64,000 nucleotides of DNA from Euryarchaeota archaeon UBA28 (GTDB taxonomy: Archaea > Thermoplasmatota > Poseidoniia > Poseidoniales > Thalassarchaeaceae). Position 1 is the stretch's first letter, and each line of letters opens with the position of its first letter. Where the stretch lies: positions 24,553 through 88,552 of the forward strand of contig DANW01000030.1 of the NCBI GenBank assembly GCA_002501605.1. The letters are read 5' to 3'. A model generated the notes under the pieces. The model was not told where the DNA came from. It did not search any database and worked only from the letters and a program-made list of their open reading frames with translations. This document shows positions 1-8,721 of the stretch, one piece after another. The translations under genes and the position numbers were made by a program.

Positions 1-2
1 AT

Positions 3-878
3 GTGGCTCTTGGCGAGTCGGATAATCCCAGGCCTCCAAGAGAGTCAGGAGCACCATTTGAAGCCCTTCTCTGGGTTCACGGACTACTGCACTTTGTGAT
101 GCTAGGGACGCTCTTCCTTTTCGCGGCTAGTGAGGGAATGACGAGATGGCTGATAGCCGCCTCACTATCTACTGGACTGGTTGCAGCGGCATCGGCCATC
201 GTCACTGCACATGAACTAGGCCATAAGAAACCAAGGAGTCCGGGTTGGAGGTTGGCGAGAGCCCTCCTGTTCAGCATAAATTATGCCCATTTTACTACCG
301 AGCATAATTACAATCATCACAAGAACGTTGCCACGGACAAGGATTCGGCGAGCGCTACTTACGAACAGGGCCTCTGGTCATTCTGGATCTCGACAATTCC
401 CGGTCAGTTCATGTCATCAGTCGCTGTTCACAACAGAAAGGGTCGAAAGGGCCTCAAAAACCCATCATGGAGAGGACTTTTCCTGCAACTTTCTGTAATC
501 ATATCACTATTAGCCTTGCATAATTTCGGATTTTCATGGGCCTTACCGGTTGTAGTCGGATGGCTTATCGCCTCCTCCATCGCAATACTGACCTTGGAGT
601 ATGTCAACTACATCCGACACTGGGGCCTCAGGAGGATTAACGGAGGAAGGTTCGAGGAGGGCCACGCATGGAACACTGAAGCAAGGTGGTCCAGATGGAG
701 CCTCCTAGAACTGACACGTCACTCAGATCACCACCTCCACGCATCGGTTCCCTTCTGGAAGCTACGCCCCTATCCAGAAGCTCCTAGGTTGCCCTCTGGA
801 TACTACGCTTGCTGGTGGCCGTGCTTGATACCTCCACTCTGGAGAAGAATGATGAGTGGACGAGCTCCGAACATCTGA
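3..878 (+). CDS. alkB: Alkane 1-monooxygenase (AlkB)-like membrane di-iron hydroxylase, probably 5'-truncated by the window edge
   Basis: His boxes HELGH, EHNYNHH and LTRHSDHH, NYIRHWG (a variant of the AlkB NYxEHYG motif), several TM segments. Confidence 0.8.
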   Translation: MALGESDNPRPPRESGAPFEALLWVHGLLHFVMLGTLFLFAASEGMTRWLIAASLSTGLVAAASAIVTAHELGHKKPRSPGWRLARALLFSINYAHFTTEHNYNHHKNVATDKDSASATYEQGLWSFWISTIPGQFMSSVAVHNRKGRKGLKNPSWRGLFLQLSVIISLLALHNFGFSWALPVVVGWLIASSIAILTLEYVNYIRHWGLRRINGGRFEEGHAWNTEARWSRWSLLELTRHSDHHLHASVPFWKLRPYPEAPRLPSGYYACWWPCLIPPLWRRMMSGRAPNI

Positions 879-922
879 CTAAAGCTCTTCTCGCATGAAA
901 CCCGACTCTCTCATTCATCTTC

Positions 923-1408
923 ATGAGTAACCTTCAATTCATGATTGGTGAGCAGACTTCCGTGGTTGTTCCTAGGACCGAACAAGAAGACGAGGTTCCG
1001 GTCGACAAGGCCTGGGCCATCCACGCTGCGATAATAGGCCTCAACACTGGTAACCTTCTATTCAGGGGTTTGGAGTTGGATCCTGATAATCCGGGCATGG
1101 TCACCGTAGCCTGCTTGGCGGTCTTAGCCGCGGCGTTACCGTTCCAAGCCATATTCTTCCTAATCAATTCGTATATTCAGGAGGCACCAAACGTGCATGA
1201 GATAGAATACATAATGCTACAGAGGCTATCCTTGATCTGTCAGACTATATCTTATCTTTCACTTACTGCAATTGGAATTCTGATGTTTGAGACCCATGTC
1301 TATGTTGGAGGTAGCTTCTTTGTAGGTTGTGTTGTAGCATTTTTCCTTCTGAGGGCGGCCATGAATCAAGCAGAGGCTCTAGCAACCAATATTAGGGTTA
1401 ATTCGTAG
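923..1408 (+). CDS. Hypothetical 4-TM membrane protein
   Basis: 161-aa ORF with hydrophobic helices, co-oriented with neighbours. Confidence 0.7.
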   Translation: MSNLQFMIGEQTSVVVPRTEQEDEVPVDKAWAIHAAIIGLNTGNLLFRGLELDPDNPGMVTVACLAVLAAALPFQAIFFLINSYIQEAPNVHEIEYIMLQRLSLICQTISYLSLTAIGILMFETHVYVGGSFFVGCVVAFFLLRAAMNQAEALATNIRVNS

Positions 1409-1442
1409 AGAGGTTGATTTCTCCCCCTCCTCTGTGAGGCAT

Positions 1443-2252
1443 ATGGCCGACGCCTTCGTGATGCCCAGCCTACCTCCAGCATCTCCATGGGATGCTTATG
1501 TTCTGATGCTATTCGTCCCCTTCATAATGAGACTTGTATTTGTTGCACCTCCCCTGATAGATCTTGTCAACACCTATGCCCCCCCAGGTGAGAGGACAAA
1601 GCATGTCAGATGGTTTCTTAGACACATAAAATTGTTGCCAGTCAAGGGCTTCTGGTTGATCGTCCTTAACGAAACCCTGTCATTCTTGTTGCCCGCGCTA
1701 GTCGCGTTATCTACACGTTATTTCCTCGGCCCAATTGGCTGGCCCACTTGGGAGGATACTCCTCGTCTAGGGGTTATCCTTCTGCTGGTTGCGGGAGCAA
1801 TTTGGCTACTATCGGACTTCTCAAAAGTTATGAGGTCCAGAAGGGATATTCAGTCAATTGCCAAATACAATCTTTCAACAGCAAAGATGGTGGTTCAAGG
1901 AGCAGTAGTAGGTAGGAACATTCTCCAGAACGTCAGTGATTCAGGTATTCCTAGGCCTTGGAGGGAAATAGTGGATGTGGAATTCGAAGTTGATGGAGAG
2001 ACTACAATAGTTCGAGAAAGCAATCCAATGACTGAGGCCATATATTCCCTGCTTGATAGGGGGGCGGATGTATTAGAGGAAATTCTCGGAAGAGTCAAGG
2101 AACCAGCCAACGCCGCTATTGAAAAACTCGATAGAGAGATTCAGGATAGGGTAACAGAACGGGTCCAAGCGTCTGCAAAGTCATTATTCCAGAATATAAT
2201 TTTTTCAATAGCGCCAATAGCGGTTCTTATAGGTCTAGACCAACTAATTTAG
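1443..2252 (+). CDS. Hypothetical membrane protein
   Basis: N-terminal TM helices, helical soluble region, C-terminal hydrophobic segment; ATG at 1443 chosen. Confidence 0.7.
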   Translation: MADAFVMPSLPPASPWDAYVLMLFVPFIMRLVFVAPPLIDLVNTYAPPGERTKHVRWFLRHIKLLPVKGFWLIVLNETLSFLLPALVALSTRYFLGPIGWPTWEDTPRLGVILLLVAGAIWLLSDFSKVMRSRRDIQSIAKYNLSTAKMVVQGAVVGRNILQNVSDSGIPRPWREIVDVEFEVDGETTIVRESNPMTEAIYSLLDRGADVLEEILGRVKEPANAAIEKLDREIQDRVTERVQASAKSLFQNIIFSIAPIAVLIGLDQLI

Positions 2253-3494
2253 CATTCTTTTCTCGCTGGGAGTAGCAAATAAAATCCAAAATATTCCAGC
2301 TAGTATTTGTAATGCTCCAGTTGCTATAATAGTCTCTCGCAATGAGAGGATATCATTTTCTAGTATTAGTCCAGCTGCAACTGTGGATAGTCCCATTGTG
2401 AGAGTGATTCCCAGAGAATCAGTTCCAAAGACCCTACCTAGCCACTCGTCATCGGATCTCTGCTGAAGCATGGTTGTAGACAACACCCAGTTGACCCCGC
2501 TCGCGGCGTGTGAGATGAATACGTAAACTAGGATGATCACTGTCCACTCTGAAGCTGCGACTGCAATGTAGAATGCTCCACTAATCACCAAAACCCCTCC
2601 CAGGAGGTATGGAATCAGCATCCGATTGGCCATGAACCTTCTACTTACTATAGGTCCGAATCCGGAACCGAAACCTCTGGCCATATACAATATCCCAATC
2701 CCAGCAGCGACATCCCCAAAACCGGCTTCCTTCCCTATCAAGATCAACAGAAATACCTGGGCCCCTCCCCCTGAGGCCCACATCGCCTTAACCAAAACCA
2801 CCCTCCTGATTGGTGGCATCGAGAGAATGTAGCTCCATCCGGAGACGATTTCACTAAGCATGGCTCTCGGAGAGAATGATCTTTGAATGGACTTTTCCGG
2901 CCCACCATGAGGCAGAGATAGAATGAGCAGAATAGCGATTAGGAAAGTCAACGAGTCTATCCAAAGAGCTGTTTCAATACCATATTTGGAGATTGTCAAT
3001 CCGCCGATACCAGCACCTATCCCCATTGCCGCCGACCACCCTCCAGAAGAGAGTGCATTTGCTGACAATAGCTCTTCTTTGGTACAGATATTCGGTACGT
3101 AAGCAGACTCCGCATTTGATGAAATCGCCCTCCCCACGACCATTGCCATTCCGAGGAGGTAAACAGACTCTAGAGAGTCCAGCATCCCAAGGGCTAGTGC
3201 CGAAACTAGTATTATGAACGACCAAACGTTTCCCAAAATCATTAGCCACTTCCTGGGATAGCGATCTGCGAGCATTCCTGTCAGTGGCTCCAGAGGGGCG
3301 AAAGTGAAACTCCTTGTTGCCAGGACCCCGGCAATGGCCAAAGGGGAGTTGTCTGAGGCCTCGCCTGCCAATAGGAACAACGCAATCATGGAGAACCAGT
3401 CTCCAATGTATGAAATTTCGTTAGCAGTAAACAGCCTACGGTAAGGGCCATTAGATCTCAGAAGTCCAATGTAGCTAACCTCAGCCATGACCAT
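2244..3494 (-). CDS. MFS transporter (DHA3/EntS-like)
   Basis: About 12 TM segments; MFS motif A GMLADRYPRK; second-half GRVFG motif. Confidence 0.85.
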   Translation of the reverse strand: MVMAEVSYIGLLRSNGPYRRLFTANEISYIGDWFSMIALFLLAGEASDNSPLAIAGVLATRSFTFAPLEPLTGMLADRYPRKWLMILGNVWSFIILVSALALGMLDSLESVYLLGMAMVVGRAISSNAESAYVPNICTKEELLSANALSSGGWSAAMGIGAGIGGLTISKYGIETALWIDSLTFLIAILLILSLPHGGPEKSIQRSFSPRAMLSEIVSGWSYILSMPPIRRVVLVKAMWASGGGAQVFLLILIGKEAGFGDVAAGIGILYMARGFGSGFGPIVSRRFMANRMLIPYLLGGVLVISGAFYIAVAASEWTVIILVYVFISHAASGVNWVLSTTMLQQRSDDEWLGRVFGTDSLGITLTMGLSTVAAGLILENDILSLRETIIATGALQILAGIFWILFATPSEKRMLN

Positions 3495-3562
3495 GGCCGA
3501 GCGACCAGCCCTATGATTCTGGCCCCCCAACACTCAAGACTCCCATGCCGTCTCCTGTACTC

Positions 3563-4102
3563 ATGGAGGAGAGGCTGGTGTGGCTAGATCTGGAGATGAC
3601 CGGCCTAGATCCAATCGAGAATAAGATAATCGAAATTGCTACGATCGTCACTGAGGGCGATCTAACCATTGTGTCGGAGGGTCCCTCTCTGGCAATCTCA
3701 CAGCCAGAGTCTGAGTTAGAGAAGATGGATGAATGGAATCTGACTCATCACACTAGGAATGGCCTGTTAAAGAGAGTGAGGTCTAAAGGAGTTCCAATAG
3801 CGGAAGCTGAGAGGCTTACCTTAGAATTTCTGATGGAACACTGTCTCGCCGGAGTCCCCCCTCTATGCGGGAATACTATCGGCCAAGATAGGAGGTTTTT
3901 GAGGAGGTATATGCCGGAACTACACGAATTCTTCCACTACAGAAGCGTAGATGTGACGTCCGTGAAGGAAATTGTGAACAGATGGTATCCAGACTCACCT
4001 AGGTTCTCAAAACCATCAGGCCACAGGGCATTGGATGATATTAGAGGCAGCATAGAGGAGCTATCCCACTTCAGAGAACACGTCTTCAAGGACCCGAGCT
4101 AG
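3563..4102 (+). CDS. orn: Oligoribonuclease (DEDDh exonuclease)
   Basis: LVWLDLEMTGL, LCGNTIGQDRRFL, HYRSVDVTS and HRALDDIRGSIEEL match Orn signatures. Confidence 0.93.
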   Translation: MEERLVWLDLEMTGLDPIENKIIEIATIVTEGDLTIVSEGPSLAISQPESELEKMDEWNLTHHTRNGLLKRVRSKGVPIAEAERLTLEFLMEHCLAGVPPLCGNTIGQDRRFLRRYMPELHEFFHYRSVDVTSVKEIVNRWYPDSPRFSKPSGHRALDDIRGSIEELSHFREHVFKDPS

Positions 4103-4808
4103 GACTGATAGGAACTCCCCTGCTGTCGGTGATTACTAGATTCACACCTAGTCCTGTTCTGTGGAATGCAATAATCTCCAGCCCATGGATAATATGTCCA
4201 GTAGACGCTCTTCCGATATGTGGAAGGCTGTCTAGATATTGGGGTTTATCCAATATCGGACTCCCGGCGGAAAGCTCCCTTCTCTTTCCTCCGACATCCT
4301 CGAACCATGGCAGGGCTCCCTCGGGAGAGAATCTCACTCCCAAGATCATATCACAACCTTCCGTCCATTGTGCGGCTTCTGCGTCGGCACCGCTTGGGAC
4401 TGCCACTGCATTAGGATGCGAATGGATCCAATGAGTGAACCTACCTCCTCTGGAGCCCCTGTCCTCGGTGAATGAATCATCAATCCATTCCTCCGGTACA
4501 TGATGGACTGAGAAAGAATCCCCTCTATTTACTAGATGCGGTTTACCCAATACATAACCCTGACCTGCAAACAATCCGGGTTGAAAATCCGTACCAGTAA
4601 ACTCCTCCTCCACGTCAATCGGATGTGGCAACTCTAGATTTGGGTCTATTCCTACCAGTATCTCATCGGGAAGGGATCTGAACGTCCAGTCGATTATCAT
4701 GGCAAGGGTCCCCACCGGCATCAGCAAGATAGCCGCATAGTCATCACGAAATTCTTTCGACCTTTGATTGTAAGAGGCAGCAGCCTGCAACAACCAGTCA
4801 TTTACCAT
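4086..4808 (-). CDS. JAB/MPN+ (JAMM) metalloprotease domain protein
   Basis: HSHP-x4-PSxxD JAMM motif (WIHSHPNAVAVPSGAD) with an upstream candidate Glu (LPDEILVG). Confidence 0.75.
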   Translation of the reverse strand: MVNDWLLQAAASYNQRSKEFRDDYAAILLMPVGTLAMIIDWTFRSLPDEILVGIDPNLELPHPIDVEEEFTGTDFQPGLFAGQGYVLGKPHLVNRGDSFSVHHVPEEWIDDSFTEDRGSRGGRFTHWIHSHPNAVAVPSGADAEAAQWTEGCDMILGVRFSPEGALPWFEDVGGKRRELSAGSPILDKPQYLDSLPHIGRASTGHIIHGLEIIAFHRTGLGVNLVITDSRGVPISPSSGP

Positions 4809-5706
4809 GACTCTGGGAGCGGGTCACTCGACTTGAGTTCAACGGATTCACGCAGCTTATATCCAAAACTATGTGATCCCAGTGCGGGGCGTAGCTCTTG
4901 ATACGTTTTATTTGCTCCACCTTCACAGCGTAGTCCTTGCCATAATCACTGATTTCTAACGCTAGTCTATCCCCTTTGGAAGAATACTCTCCGGGCTTGG
5001 CCAATCCATGTATGTGCACCATGCCTCCATCCTCAGATAGGACGTCCACCGCAGCGCTAATACTAGCTTCTGAGGATGGCAGGAGACCCATTATCACCCT
5101 ATTCGCTACTCCACCGATTTTCTTCGAGGAATTTCTATTATCTCCTCGGTGTATTGTACACCTAGACTCGACACCATTCTCCTTCAGGCTCCACTCTAGA
5201 GACTCTATTGCATCGTCATTCCACTCGCAACAGTGGATATGACGAGCTTCGGAGTGGACTAGGATAGGGAGTGAGTAGTAACCTATGCCTGAAAACAGGT
5301 CAACCACGACTTCGTCACTGCCTACTATCTCACCCATCCTCCTCCGCTCGTTAACGTTGCCAGCTGAGAACATGCACTTGGTCACGTGATATCCGTAGTC
5401 GACACCGTTCTCTCTCCTAACCACCCAATCATCCTCTCCAAGAAGCATCTTGACTCCACTCTTGCGAGTTCTTCCAGAAACCTCGCCCATTATCCCCAGC
5501 CTCTCGACATCCAGTCCGTCAGCAACAGATTTCCAGAGTCCCGGGCCGATTATTTCCTCCCAATTGCCCCCCTCAAAGGATCCAGCTGGAAGAATCGCGA
5601 AATCGGAGAACCTCTCCCATTTTCTAGGAATTCCGGCTGGGGGCTCTCTCCCAAGGAATGAGGAGATTGAATCGTACAGCCGTTCATGCGGTCCGCCCCG
5701 ATTCAT
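4798..5706 (-). CDS. Trm5/Taw2 (TYW2)-family SAM-dependent tRNA-modifying transferase
   Basis: PRKWERFSD N-terminus, KCMFSAGNVNER, VDLFSGIGYY, RVIMGLLPSS, IKSYAPHWDHIVLD; start estimated. Confidence 0.85.
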   Translation of the reverse strand: MNRGGPHERLYDSISSFLGREPPAGIPRKWERFSDFAILPAGSFEGGNWEEIIGPGLWKSVADGLDVERLGIMGEVSGRTRKSGVKMLLGEDDWVVRRENGVDYGYHVTKCMFSAGNVNERRRMGEIVGSDEVVVDLFSGIGYYSLPILVHSEARHIHCCEWNDDAIESLEWSLKENGVESRCTIHRGDNRNSSKKIGGVANRVIMGLLPSSEASISAAVDVLSEDGGMVHIHGLAKPGEYSSKGDRLALEISDYGKDYAVKVEQIKRIKSYAPHWDHIVLDISCVNPLNSSRVTRSQSHGK

Positions 5707-5726
5707 GTATCCCGGAGTGAACATCA

Positions 5727-8720
5727 TTGATTCAGACTTATGGTATATCACACTCTCCAAGGCCCGTGCGTAGATGCATCGCGCTGGTTATGATTCTACT
5801 CCTGTCACCATTAGCGCACGCCGCCCCTCCCCCGGGAGATGCGGAAGTAATCAATCAAATCTGCTCTACATGGGGAAACGGAAACGGAATCTGTGACGAT
5901 TATGATTCCGAGCTGGACTCTACTTCCAATGATGAATGGATAGAAGGGCACGTTCTGATTTCAATGGACGGGGCTTCTTCGATACAGATGAGCTTAGAAC
6001 TCGCCATTCATGAAATTCCAAGACATGAGCTGGGGCTATCAGATCTGGACCTGCAGGGAGACAGCGTTCCTTCGGATGGAATCCCCGCCGACTATATCAG
6101 AAACTATCGTGATTTCTCCAGGGGCGGTCTCTCGGTTCAGGATAGGCTAATAGACAGGATCGAAGATGTAATCCATGGCATAGTGGATGAGAATTTTCCA
6201 AATGCCAGCACAAGCCCCATACAGCCAACGTCAGAAATCAGCTTTTTTGACCATCAGGAATCCACTTGTACTTTCAATCCAGATATCGACTCAACCGACG
6301 AGGAGAATGGAATAGAAAACGATCCATTCCGACCTCCGATATGCCTCCAGTCAGTTTTGACCTTGGAGGTAAATCCCGCAAATATCGGAATGGATCCGGA
6401 AACTGGGGACATCGATAGAGTAATGCGGGGACTGATGGCGATGGGAGGAGAGGTAACCACGAACTTCTCCACACTCGCTTTATCAGGACATTACATTGAA
6501 TATACGATGTATCCGCCTCCATATGCCACCATTATTGAGGTGAATGAGCCGGCTGAAATATTCCAGCCAGCGAGTGAGCAATCGCGACTTACAGCTGCAA
6601 GGATTTCACTTGATAATCTGAATGGGGGACCTGAAGGGGAACCAGTTTCCTCAGACTTGCTTGCAGTACTTGGAAATGATCGCGATAATCAGGATTGGAG
6701 TATCTTCTCCGGCCCTTCGTTAAGTCTCGATCTTCAAATAGATCTGAGGGACGGTATGAACAGCCGTGTGGATTTAGGAATCGAAATACATCACCTTAGT
6801 GCTGAAACTCTTGAACAATGGGGGCTGAATCTGGAAACCTCGAGAATAAACCTAAGCTCGGTAACCTCAGACGGAATCAGGATGTTTCATTCTGAGATGG
6901 GCATTGATGTTGATCAGATCCTATCATCGCTTCCCATCAACTCGCTTTCCGACTCATTCTCCCGTTCTCTGGGAGTGGATGTAGCGTTTCAGACTCCATT
7001 GTTCTCCCCAACAAACCACTCTGGAGGGATCATGTTCCTTCACAGGCCAGGTGAAACTTGTGAGGAGGAAGTGTCCTATAGATACTGTCTAGGGACAACT
7101 GGTTCAATGTCCAGTACATATCCAATAACGCTACAATCCAGTACTCTGCCGTCAGAAATGCAGATTTCGAGCATCCTAGCCGAATTAATTCAGTATTCAG
7201 GGGGGGATGCTTCCACAATCGACCTTTCAAAGATGGACGATGAAGATTTAGCTACGATGATGAGCTTCCTGAGAGCAGAATTCGAAGTTGATCTGGACTT
7301 CATTAGTGACCTACTTCCCACTGACTTTCCTTCTTCAGAGATAAGCGTGATAATTCACTTGCCAGAATGGTTGCAATCCACTGGAATAAATACGGATTCC
7401 TTGGAATTTTCCTCGATAAACGGCCACAGCACGGCCCGAGACATCGAAATTACCGGGTCTAGGCCGTTTGACTGGATGCATTCAATCTGCAGGACTTCTG
7501 ACCCATGCGAGGAGGACAGTATCGACCTTATTTGTGCCCCGACACAGAAGACCTGCGTCTCTTTCTTAGTTCAGGTTGATATTTCCAAAGTATCTATCCA
7601 TGAGTTGACTGGCTCAGTTTCAATAGAATTCACCTCTGATATCGTCTTAGAGATTTACAGACTAGGGTTAGATTTGGAAATCGATGGTGTCGAAATGTCG
7701 CCAATCCCGTCAGACGCCATAAGGAGGATTCTGGTTATGGGAGATCGTACAGAGGGAGGATTACTAGCTGGTTCTGAGATTGAAGCAACGATCGATTTCG
7801 GTGTGGGAGAGCCGATAGAATTCGAAGTATCAAATGCGGGCCTCAGAAAACTCTCCGATCATTTGACCAACTCGTACTCAGAAATGGTGAGTGATTTTGG
7901 TACGATATATCTGGATCAGAATGACCTTGGACTGGATGGATTCTCACTTACAGCAGACTTGTCTTCGATGCCGTTTCAAGCTGATTTTGGTTCGGTATCG
8001 GTCGGCCAAGGACCAACAATCAGTGATGAAGATCCAATCAGACTATCCACCAAGGTGAGTAACGCAGAACTCATCTTCTCACTCAGACAGGATGAAATTA
8101 TCGTCGGAATTAACCCCAGATCCCTTTCATCCTTTCCATCCATGGTCATTTCATCTATTCTCCCAACTCCGGTAATCACCGACTCAGGATTGTTGGTGGA
8201 TGGTTCAGGGATAAGGCAGAAGGTAACCCCGTTAATGGAGCATACAAACTTCGGTACAATAAAGTCATCAGCATATATTGAGATTATCTTACCAGATTCC
8301 ATAAGATTAACTTCGTTTGAAAGCAAGCGGGGACTCGCTGAGATTTCGACCTCGGAAGGCAGGCAGGTCTTGTCCTACACCATGCCGACTTGTCTCACTG
8401 CAGAAACGTGGGATGAGTGCAGTAGCAGTCGAAATTCAGACATAATCACTTACTCGGTCGAATTCTCATGGGAATTCTTGATTGGTGAGCTTGCCTCATA
8501 CATGTTCTTACTTTTTGTCTTCTTGTCACTGATGACAATCAGAATCAGGAGAAAGAGGAGGGAGAGGAAGGCTAATCGAATCAGAAAATCAAAGGATGTC
8601 GAGGATGCCAAATTAGAGAGATTAATGGAGAATGAGTTCGGTAGACTTTCTGGCAATGTTGCCCTATTGGATGAGACTGAATTGGAGGAACTTACAGTAA
8701 TCGAAAGTGATAGGGACTGA
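5727..8720 (+). CDS. Large acidic secreted protein with a C-terminal membrane anchor and three internal repeats
   Basis: Signal peptide (LLLSPLAHA), C-terminal TM followed by RIRRKRRERK; true start likely near 5766-5790. Confidence 0.8.
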   Translation: MIQTYGISHSPRPVRRCIALVMILLLSPLAHAAPPPGDAEVINQICSTWGNGNGICDDYDSELDSTSNDEWIEGHVLISMDGASSIQMSLELAIHEIPRHELGLSDLDLQGDSVPSDGIPADYIRNYRDFSRGGLSVQDRLIDRIEDVIHGIVDENFPNASTSPIQPTSEISFFDHQESTCTFNPDIDSTDEENGIENDPFRPPICLQSVLTLEVNPANIGMDPETGDIDRVMRGLMAMGGEVTTNFSTLALSGHYIEYTMYPPPYATIIEVNEPAEIFQPASEQSRLTAARISLDNLNGGPEGEPVSSDLLAVLGNDRDNQDWSIFSGPSLSLDLQIDLRDGMNSRVDLGIEIHHLSAETLEQWGLNLETSRINLSSVTSDGIRMFHSEMGIDVDQILSSLPINSLSDSFSRSLGVDVAFQTPLFSPTNHSGGIMFLHRPGETCEEEVSYRYCLGTTGSMSSTYPITLQSSTLPSEMQISSILAELIQYSGGDASTIDLSKMDDEDLATMMSFLRAEFEVDLDFISDLLPTDFPSSEISVIIHLPEWLQSTGINTDSLEFSSINGHSTARDIEITGSRPFDWMHSICRTSDPCEEDSIDLICAPTQKTCVSFLVQVDISKVSIHELTGSVSIEFTSDIVLEIYRLGLDLEIDGVEMSPIPSDAIRRILVMGDRTEGGLLAGSEIEATIDFGVGEPIEFEVSNAGLRKLSDHLTNSYSEMVSDFGTIYLDQNDLGLDGFSLTADLSSMPFQADFGSVSVGQGPTISDEDPIRLSTKVSNAELIFSLRQDEIIVGINPRSLSSFPSMVISSILPTPVITDSGLLVDGSGIRQKVTPLMEHTNFGTIKSSAYIEIILPDSIRLTSFESKRGLAEISTSEGRQVLSYTMPTCLTAETWDECSSSRNSDIITYSVEFSWEFLIGELASYMFLLFVFLSLMTIRIRRKRRERKANRIRKSKDVEDAKLERLMENEFGRLSGNVALLDETELEELTVIESDRD

Positions 8721-8721
8721 C

